DNA of 64,000 nucleotides from Schmidtea nova (Eukaryota): NCBI GenBank assembly GCA_044892505.1, contig JBJFYY010000085.1, positions 1 to 64,000 of the forward strand, read 5' to 3'. Shown piece by piece: positions 29,124 to 39,666 of this stretch (position 1 is its first letter; each line of letters starts with the position of its first letter). The notes under the pieces were generated by a model. It saw only the letters and a program-made list of their open reading frames with translations, ran no database searches and was not told where the DNA came from. The position numbers and the translations under genes were made by a program.

Positions 29124-29431
29124 TTAAACACATTCAGCTGATTTTTTCTGACATTCTCCATCTACCTTCTCACATTTAATCGTACAGGTCAAGCAGTTAG
29201 GACCTCTGCAGTACTTGTAGATCAAGTTTGGACACATTGTTTCGTCGATTTCAGATAAAGAATTATCCAAAAATTTCTCTAAAATATAAAAAAATAAAAT
29301 AAAATTCAATAGATGAATTTAGTACCGAATTTTACTCCAACGAATTGTTCTTTTTTTTGAACCTCGACTGGCGCAGCGGAAAGGAGATGAATTATTGCAA
29401 ATAGAGCGACAGTGATTATTGTGAGCTTCAT
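29124..29431 (-). CDS. Small secreted cysteine-rich peptide precursor, 86 aa, family not recognised
   Basis: Exon 1 29431-29326: MKLTIITVALFAIIHLLSA-APVEVQKKEQFVGVKF, signal-peptide-like. 47-nt GT-AG phase-1 intron 29325-29279. Exon 2 29278-29124: EKFLDNSLSEIDETMCPNLIYKYCRGPNCLTCTIKCEKVDGECQKKSAECV*. TATAAATA at 29467-29460 and AATAAA at 29098-29093 on the minus strand. Confidence 0.8.
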
Positions 29432-29920
29432 GATTGAGTTGAGATGAGTGCTGAAACGGTATTTATATTCATTCTATTACTCTTGTGGTACTGAAAACCA
29501 TGTGGTAACCCTACGGCTGCTCAACACATCCAAGATGCAGCACGTGTAGGTGAGTATGATTCTCACAAAGCACTCTGAGTAGAAGTATAAAAATTTCATT
29601 TTACTTATTTGTCTGTAATTTTTGGACTTTTTGCTATTTTTTAAAAATTATATTAAATTCAATAGTTGTTGGACCGCGAACGTTGTGGTTGAAACTCTTA
29701 TAAAGTACTTTCAAATATGGTAATATTTTACACCTCGGTCGCTGCATCAGATATCGTTTATATGATTTATACAGCGATAACAAGTTGTTAGCGAAACGAT
29801 TAATGACAAAAGTGTTAATAATTCAAAAATAGGATAATTGAAATGAATAAATCATGGAAACGTAAGACACCGAACACACTTACCTCACTTTTCGATTGGG
29901 CATAGATAGGTTCATTACAC

Positions 29921-31033
29921 CAGGGGTTCTCAAATTTTTACTGGAATGGGCCAAATTCTAAATTCCAAAATATTTGATGGGCCAGAATACAAAAATGTTT
30001 TTAAAAAAGTAATAATAGATTGTTTATATATATATATATATATATATATATCATGAAATATATGTACATTATAATACATGTATGTATTAACTTGTAAATG
30101 TATGTATAAACATGTATGTATGAACATGTATGTATTAACTATTTTCTATTGCTTGAAATTTGTTTTTATATGAATCTTTGAAGTCACAAATATAAAAAGG
30201 TTTGCATTTGGGCTGAATTCACTTTGAACTGAACTTTTCTTTTTAATAAATACAGGTATCCCTCCTATAACACGGTACTTCTACAGCACAATTTTTATTT
30301 TTTTTAGAACATTATATTATTGACAAAAAATACAATTCGTGGAATACGAAGATTTTATTATTTCAAGAATTCAAGTCTTATTTATTTTTTGTGCATACAT
30401 TTTGTCATTTTGTGAAGACCATAGCAAGTCTGCAAACCATATTTTTTTGCGAAATAGAAAAAAAATATTGTAGACTTGTGAAAGAGGAAACAAAAATATT
30501 TAAATGCTTTTTATTTACAAGATATCGATTTTATTAACTTTTTTCATGTAAGGTATGACTATTTTTTGAAAAATAATTTTCAGGCCTAAAAAATGTTTCG
30601 TGAGAATAAAAAAACAACTTAAAAGTGAATGTTTATTTCTTTAGAAATAAAAATACAAATTTTAGATCGGTTGTTAAAAGTAGAAAAAGCATCACACATT
30701 GCAAAAACCCAGTCCTTACAAAAAATTTGTTTTTATGTATTTAAGTGAATTTTTATTTGTTTTGTTATTCTTAATAAAAATAAAGTTTTTTCTATGGCAT
30801 TAAATTTTTGGAACGTTACTCCTCATTTTTTATCAGTTTCTAGACTCCTACAGCACGGTTTCACATAACACGTCATATTATAGGAACCTATCTACCTTGT
30901 TATAGGAGGGATACCTGTATACAAAATTTCTTTTTTAATTAAGATTTCCTATCTTACATTGACGGTTCGCGTGCTGCATTTCAACAGTTCGAGGGCCACA
31001 TTTGACCCGCGGGCCGCACTTTGGGAACCCCTG
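29921..31033. mobile_element. Non-autonomous hAT element
   Basis: TIR CAGGGGTTCTCAAA / TTTGGGAACCCCTG; perfect 8-bp TSD CATTACAC (29913-29920, 31034-31041). Confidence 0.9.
30253..30917. mobile_element. Tc1/mariner-pogo MITE nested in the hAT element
   Basis: Perfect 20-bp TIR CAGGTATCCCTCCTATAACA; TA on both sides. Confidence 0.88.
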
Positions 31034-32029
31034 CATTACACCATCAAATATATTAACACGTGAATATTTAATTCTTTTTATCTATTTTACCCACGGGATA
31101 TTTTAGTTTTATAAGACATATTGAGAGAATTCCAACAAACAATTATTAATTTCTGCGTTCTATTCTCAATTTTCAGCACTATTGACTGATGCATTGCTTT
31201 TATAACGAGAACAGAAAGGCGGAGGTCGCATAAATTGAAAGTCAAACGGAGAGATTAGAATATAAGATAAGTTCACTAGGTAGAGGGCGTGAAAATCAAC
31301 AAAAAATCACAAAAAATGTCACATAAATATTCTAGGTAATTCGCTGTGTGTTTTGATTGGGTAATTAATTGGATAATCAGAATGAGCTAAAAAATCATTA
31401 GCCAAATGAAATTTTCCATAATTCTGCAATTGTACAACTTCCATTTAATTTAAACAATAAATAAATTTTAATTTAATTTAAACAATATTTTGAAATATTT
31501 TTTTACAAAATCTCATCTTTGTATTTTATAAACCAGGTCAGTTCAGATTACCCAGTACGCATGTACCTATATGAAAGCATTACAATGTAACGTTATAAAT
31601 TGCCAATATTAATTTACGCTGCATGCAGAGATCAATACGGTGATCACAATTCCTCTCTTGGTCCGTGATTAAGCACAATAAACAGTCAAATGAAAAGCAT
31701 TTTATTTGGACAAATATTCAAGGCATTTGCCGATAAAAATAGTCATGATCATTTATACGCGGGCACCCTTGTAGCACCCGCGATAATAATAGAAATAATA
31801 ATCATAATAGTATCAATAATCAAGAGGCACAACAAAGTTTGATTGGATAAAAATCAATGGCAAATAATTAATGTGTATAATTATCCAATTGAATACGAGT
31901 AACAACGTGTTCAGCACAACTGAGTCAATCTAGAATAAATAAATAAACGTTCGAAATGGTGACGATTAATAAGATTATTATTTATGCAAGTGCAACACAA
32001 TCAATAATTCGAAATCGCACAAAATTTGT

Positions 32030-32184
32030 GTCGAGATGGCAACACTAGACCTTTATCAGCTGGTTGCTATAGACAACGGAAAGTCAAGCGTGATAGGGAA
32101 TAGCAACTGAGAATAACATGTAAACGGATCCATGAAATAGCACGTTAATAAAATGGTATGTGGCAGCGCAGTCACCATGGCAAC
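32030..32184. promoter_or_regulatory. Cluster of RFX X-box-like motifs
   Basis: Canonical GTCACCATGGCAAC at 32171-32184, near-consensus GTTGCTATAGACAAC at 32063-32077, plus GGCAAC/TAGCAAC half-sites at ~32038-32043 and ~32101-32107. Target gene not identified. Confidence 0.45.
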
Positions 32185-32593
32185 ATAGCGCGTGAGCACT
32201 TCATATTGTGGATTTAACTTGCAAGTGGAATCGATTGTTTCTTTTGATCAATAAATTCTAATTATAATCACATTTATTGATTGATTGACATATAAAAGCG
32301 CTGTAAAGATACTTATTTTTAAAAAAATAATTTTACATCAATGGAAAAGTATAAACTCATTACTATTCGACTCCATGATTGACAGTCACCCTATTCCACA
32401 GGGACACTGGACAAGCAATTCCGGATCAGAACTTCCTCCTTCATTCTATCAATTGCAATCAATCCCACAATCACTATGCAACATTTTGGGCGTCTTAAGC
32501 TTACTACGGACACAAATTGACAAATCAATTTTTGATTTTAATAGGGTAGAAAACTTTGGAATATTTATTTAACCCTTACCATGCTAATATGTG

Positions 32594-32905
32594 TTCATTA
32601 CTGATTATTTTACATGTTCATTATTGATTATTTTACATGTTCATTATTGATTATTTTACATGTTTATTATTGATTATTTTACATGTTCATTATTGATTAT
32701 TTTACATGTTCATTATTGATTATTTTACATGTTCATTATTGATTATTTTACATGTTCATTATTGATTATTTTACATGTTCATTATTGATTATTTTACATG
32801 TTCATTATTGATTATTTTACACGTTCGTTATTGATTATTTTACACGTTCGTTATTGATTATTTTACATGTTCATTATTGATTATTTGATATGCTCATTAT
32901 TGATT
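32594..32905. repeat. 23-bp minisatellite (TTCATTATTGATTATTTTACATG), about 13 copies
   Basis: Read directly, just downstream of the EHD stop codon. Confidence 0.92.
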
Positions 32906-32953
32906 ATATTATTGTTAATGATTATTATTATCACACTTTTTCATTTTATATAA

Positions 32954-35900
32954 TTAATCGATATCGCCCGCAACGCGCGAAGACACAAGTTCTCTCTTTG
33001 CTGGAGGAATAAGGTGATCTGGAAGCGTTCCAGGGATTTCTTCGTTGTCCAGTTTCAACTTCACCAAATACATAGCAAGAGCAAATTCGTCCTGGTCAAG
33101 AGCACCATCCAAATCGATATCTGATAATTTCCATATTTTCCCCAGGATGTTGTATGGCAATTTCGTCTTGACGAGATATTCTTTAGCAGTTGTGCCGTTG
33201 ATTTTCCCATTGACCGGATGAAGGCTCCTGAAGGTCTAGTAGCAAAGGTTTTTAATTAGTTCTTCTAAACCCGCCGGGATTTACTTCATCGAATTCATTC
33301 TTGTACTTAGCAACGGCCCATTCTGTGTCGAACTTGCCACGGTTAATGCCTTCACTTGCTCCGATTCCAAACGGGTTGTCATGCTGCACTTCAAATGCGC
33401 CTCCTTTTACGGGATTCGTAAATTCATTTTTGTTTGATTGCTCCTGAAATTATAACTGTTATTCACATTTTCCAATGTCAAACCGTAAATGTTACATATT
33501 ATTGATTTGATCAATAAAATTGCCGAATCAAAAGTAAAAATTGGATCAAATATCAATTAACCCATATTAACCTAGGGTTGCCATATGGCAACGCTGCTGC
33601 CATAGCTCTAACCATGATAAAAATTAACACCCTTTTAGCAGTATGACTGCTTAGCGTTGCCATATGGCAACACGGATTTTCTCGTAACATAGATTAAATT
33701 TTGATAAATAATATGGAAAATAATCTTAAATATTAATAAAATAATAGATTTATCCAAAAAAAAATTTTAAAATTAAAAAAAATTAATTCAGGTCATTAAG
33801 GGTTAAATAGCCATAATTATAATTTTACGGTTGTAGAATTAATTGAAACAATCATCATTCAATTTAAATAATACCACAAAACATGTTAACACATATTAAC
33901 ATCCAGACTATTTAAAAACATTCAAATACACGTGTTCACAGAATTCTGCACATTAATTTTAGGATTCAAAGCTCGTATCAACAACGCTTCACATATAATG
34001 CGTTCATAATGTTTGTTAAGATTTTTTTGTGTATTTTGAATGTTTTTAAATAGTTTGTGTTTTGTTGTATTAATTAAATTGAATGATGAAATTAGTTTTT
34101 GTTAAAATTTAATAAATAAAATATTAAAAAAATTGTTGATAATTAATCATTTTAAAATTAATTTGTGAATTGATTTTTAATAATTTAAAATTATATTTTG
34201 AATAATTAAAAATTTTTAGTTAATTATATTTAATAAATTGTTTCTATAAATTGAATGTAACATAGTTTTTTTCCTGGATACCTGAAGATAACGTTTTCCT
34301 ATTATTCTGAGAATAAGACTATCTACCTACAATAATAATAGGAAAGTGGATATAAACGAAGACAAGCTAATACGAATTTAGTATGTACTTTGAAAGTGTG
34401 AAAAATGTTGACTTCAAATAACATTGCATATTTATTATATATTGCTCATAATTGCATAAATTATTATATATTTTAAGTAAAGTTGTTTTTGAACGTTTTC
34501 TTTTCAAATGAATAAAGTTGTAAGTGTACGACTTCCGAAAACTTTTATCAAAACCTCACAATGGCTCCTAAATGTGCTGCTGCTTCTTCTTCTAAGCCTT
34601 CTGAGTGAGAAAGCAAAGCACCAGACAAAGATGTTTACCATGATGGAGAAAGTGAAACTCTTGGATTTGATTAAAGATGGCAAGGAAATCGTAGAGATTT
34701 ACCACATAATATGTCTTATTTCCCCTTGCTTGCTAATCCCTGTATTTATGTAATAATGGGTAATACATGCTAGAATAATGGTTTGCAAACGGGTTTTATT
34801 TCATGTCCAGAATGACAATATCCTTATTTAATGTATCGTAAATATGTTTTCTATGCTCTGACTACGAAAATATTCAATTTATTAACAAAGAATCCTGCTT
34901 CGCGAAAAGTCACTCATTTAGAACAGATTTCCCGCGATAAACGAGGGATAACAGTAACATAACAATATGCACACTTTCACGAACTAATTTTATAACATGT
35001 TTTGATTTAATTTTTTCTTTGATGAATCGTTCTTGTAGTTGATTTCTATTTCAATGTGGAAGCTGTGGTGAGCGCTGCAGACAAAAATATGGTATTTAAT
35101 GTGTCAAATAAGGGGAAAATGCGTTCCTATTCATGTTCCACTCGATATTTGCAGATATATTTATCATAGTTGAAATAGTCCGATAAACTGATGAAGATAT
35201 TTACATAAACAGGTAAATTACAGCGTGACAGAAAACTGATATCGGTAAAATAATTCATTCTAAATGAATTATTTATTTGCTTATTTTAGAACTTCACCAG
35301 CAGAAATTCCTATCATAGAATTGTTGTGGATACCAGGGCAAGATTTACAATTTTGGGGGCCCTAGACCAACAAAAATTTGAGGCCCCATTTTGAAAAATA
35401 ACAAATATTGCTCAGTTTTTAAATTCAAAAATATCTTACAACTTTAATATAATTCAAGATTTTATATCAATTTGTAAAAAATATTGTTTACAATCTACAT
35501 AATCTTTTTTCTGTATTTTTCATCAACACAATCGTTAACCAATGAATCAAAATCAATCGACTTCATTTTGTCAGCATTACTTGATAATAATGCAAAATTA
35601 TTTAACGTTTTTTGTGACAAAGTTGATCGCAAATCATTTTTCGTTAATTTTTATTTTGAAAATGACCTCTCTCGGAGAGAGGTAAAATTAGCTGAAGATG
35701 ATGAATTAGCACGAGATTCTGTTTTCAACAGAAAACTATCGAGATTTCGAGATTTCGATGTTTCTTAATGTTTTTCTCTATTTCTGCTTTTTCTTTCTTT
35801 TTGCAGCTCCACTTTCATAAGTTCTTAAGAAACTTCTTCCCATTTCTGGTTGAAATTTTTTTTCTCGGAGAAATTAACTTAATATTTTTTAATTTTAAGA

Positions 35901-38900
35901 TGAAATTGTTATCAATAAAAATATTAAAATCACTATGAAATAATTATATTGCAAATCGATTGATATCAAAAATTTTTTTCTTACTACTCAAAGTTTTTTG
36001 GGGCCCATAGGCCATGGCCTGTAAATCCAGCCCTGGACGATACCTAATTAATTTGAATAACTTGGGGGAAACCCATAGTGTGATTCAGGTAGCATTCAGG
36101 AGAGAAAATGGAAAATGCCAGAGAGAGGAGTGGGAAAGGCGAATTGTCATGAGTGCAGGACGATGGCGGACTACAAAAGCGAAAGTCATCGTAATTGAAT
36201 CAGAAGTGAAGGGGTGATAAAAATTGAATAAGAGAAGTGCGCGATATTTGAAAATTAAAGTGGAGAATTCGAATTGTAATTGTAAAGTGAATTGGAGAAA
36301 TTAGAGGTTGAAAACAATTCTTTTTTTCCTGTGCGCATTCATTTCCCAATATCTCTCGTAGCTCTTGAAATCTAATGTCCTTCTGCTGTTGCTCCAATAC
36401 TTCTCCATAGTTTATGTTCATTGGATACTATATATATATGTATGTATATATTCCGCTTAATTGGGACACATCGGGACTTGGGCATTTTGGTCTAATTAAG
36501 CGAATTTCACATTTTTTAAATTCATTTACATATTTGGTTCTGGCAACTAAGGCTATTAACCAGTAATTCACACATAAAATTAAACAATGCATATTATTTT
36601 ATATCTTACGTGGTGCGCCCAGTAAGTCTTGAGACTAATATAGAAATAATAATAGTGAAAAAATTGATACAGACATATTTAAACTTCAACATATATAGGT
36701 AAAGAAAATGTATTTTGTTTTAATAATCCATTATTGTTTAAGTATATTTTTGCGAACATTCGAAAAATGCCTCCTAAAATCCAAAGAGTTGGCCTTCGAG
36801 CTTGAATCCATACCTCCTGAATCCACCCAAAATCTTCGACCAGACATCATCATTCGTAAAAAAGATAATATAACAATCTTGGATATCAAGTGCCCCTTCG
36901 ATGATTCCAGCTCTGTGGAACAGGCTCGTAACAAGAACTGCGATAAAAACCGACTTCTAGCTACCGAAATCCAAACAGTTACAGGCATCAAGACCACAGT
37001 CCAAACGTTCGTGATATGTTCCCTTGGTACGTGGGACAAAAGAAATAACGATGTCCTCAAAATGCTCGGTTTCAAATTCTCTGATTACAAGAACTACAAA
37101 AATGATATGATCAAGAAGGTGATAACCGGATCCCGAATGACCTACGACCTTCATCGAGGGTTCAATGTTTAATACCTAGTGTACTCTAGCTCCAATTGAT
37201 GTACCATTATCTTCGAAGTTTCGAGATAATTGCTATACTTGTCCTTAGTGGCAATTAGAATTCTTGTATTAATAAATTTTAGTCATTCAATACCGTAGCG
37301 TTATTCGCTTTCTCTTTCTGAAAGGAAAAAATAGAGAAGAGGTTCTTTCTGAACTGAAAGCTGTTTACCAACAAGAGTGCCCATCCACAGCAACAATTTA
37401 TCGTTGGTTCAATTACTTTCAGAGTGGTAGAACCTCCGTAGTGGACGAAGAAAGATCTGGAAGACCCTCAGAAATTGATGAAAAAATAACCGCAAAAGCT
37501 GCAGACAATCGTGCAAAACGAGAGAAAAATAACGACGAGAGAGCTCACAACCCGTCTAAATGTGAGCAAAGGCACTGTGTATACTCTCCTCACTGAAAGT
37601 GGTATTCGAAAACTATGTTCCCGTTTTGTGCCACGCTTCTTAACGGTGGAAATGCGACGACGCTTGGAATGCTGCCTGGAGAATCTGCAGATCAGAACCA
37701 ATGTTGGAGACCGTTTCATTGATAATATCATCACTGTGGACGAGACACCGTTGTCCCTTTATGTCCCCGAATCTGAAAGAGAGTCTCAAGAATGGAAACT
37801 GCCAGGAGAAAGCAGCTCACAGAAAATGCGGTCCCCAACTTGCCACCGAAAGGCTCTCATGCTGACGGTGTTTTGGGACGCCAATGGCATTATTCTGACT
37901 GACTTTGCTGAATCCGGCGTGAAGATCAATAGTTCTTACTACTCCAACATCGTGCAGCAAGCAAGGAAGGCACGACGCAAGAGCAGAGTGTGTGATCTCT
38001 ATTTTTACACGATAATGCTCCCATCCACACCAGCAGCGTTTACATGGCCAAAATTGAGCGTTGCGGGCTCAATTTGCTTCCCCATCCACCATACAGCCCC
38101 GATTTGGCTCCCTCCGATTTTTTCCTGTTTAACCATCTTAAGAAGCATCTAGGGGCCAGGTGTTTGCCAACAAACATGATTTGAGAGCAGCCGCAGAGAG
38201 TTTTCTGTGAGAAAAGTCTCCAGAATTCTTCAAAAACGCCTTCGAAAACCTCGTTATTTGCTGGGAAAATTGTGTCAGTGCAGAAGGAAATTATTTTGAG
38301 AAATGATGCCTATTTACCATGCTTGTTCTAAATACAAAGTTTTGTGTTGATATCTTAAGTCTTTCTATTTTAGTCTCACGACTTATTGGGCGCACCACGT
38401 ACGATATAAATAATAATAATAAATTCCTAACATACAATTTAATTCACTGCAAAAATGCGTCAAGTGTAGTCTGTCTTTTGTTTTTGTAACATTTCACTTC
38501 TACAAAATCAGCACAGGAATTCAGTGCGGATGTAGGGCTCCCTTCATTCCTTTCCTGCATAAAATAACGCTGTAACACGGCCATACATGTTTTGCCTCCT
38601 GGTTAGTCACAAGTACGGGTGACTCATTATCCTCATAATCATCTTCGTCTAATTATTCATGTGTTGATTTGATACCTTCTACAATTGAATCCTCACAGTC
38701 TTCATTATCATCGTAACATGGTAAATTGTTATCTATTGTTGAAAATTCTTCATAGTTAATAATAGGAACTTGCAACATATCCTCTTTTTCTTCATTGCTT
38801 AAAATTTCGGGAATCTCTAAGGGTTTAAAGCCGCGATTAGTAAAACAGTTCTGTATTGTGGTGGTTATTATAGCTCGCCAACTGTCAGTGACAAAATCTG

Positions 38901-39218
38901 AGTTGCTTGCAAAAGGGAAATTTTTGAACTAATCTCTCTGGTTGTTGTGGAACTTGTTAATAAATTTTCATCAATGGATTCTAATATGTAATTAACCGAT
39001 TTTCCACGATACAAAGTCTTAACATTTTTTATTACCCCCATGTCCATTGGTTGCACTAATGATGTGGTATTAGGAGGAAGAAATTCCAGCTGTATATTTT
39101 TTAGATTGTCTAAATGATGGTGTACCGCACAATTGTCAACAAGCAGCGAAATTTTTCTTTGTTTAAGTTGTAATTTTTTTGTCCCAACTCGTAAGCCAAT
39201 TTTGATAAATTTCAGAAG

Positions 39219-39259
<41 letters not shown>

Positions 39260-39425
39260 ATTACATATAGTCAATATAATAAATATATAGTCAATATATA
39301 TATATATATAATCAATATGTAGTCAATATATAATATTATATATAGTCAATATTATAGTCTATATTTAATTAATTTATAGTCAATATACTGTCAATATTAT
39401 ATATAGTCAATATAATAAATATAGT

Positions 39426-39464
<39 letters not shown>

Positions 39465-39629
39465 CAATATAATAAATATATAGTCAATAAATATATATAA
39501 TCAATATATATATATATAGTCAATATATAATATTATATATAGTCAATATTATATAGTCTATATTTAATTAATTTATAGTCAATATATTGTCAATATTATA
39601 TATAGTCAATATATAATATTATATATAAT

Positions 39630-39666
<37 letters not shown>

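Noticed and set aside
29500-29560. Strong plus-strand donor AG|GTGAGT (similar ones near 20985 and 28725)
   Set aside because: No open upstream frame or matching downstream exon found.
33577-33671. GTTGCCATATGGCAAC palindromes as RFX X-boxes
   Set aside because: The 4-nt spacer is off-consensus and both copies lie inside a TTAA-flanked MITE.
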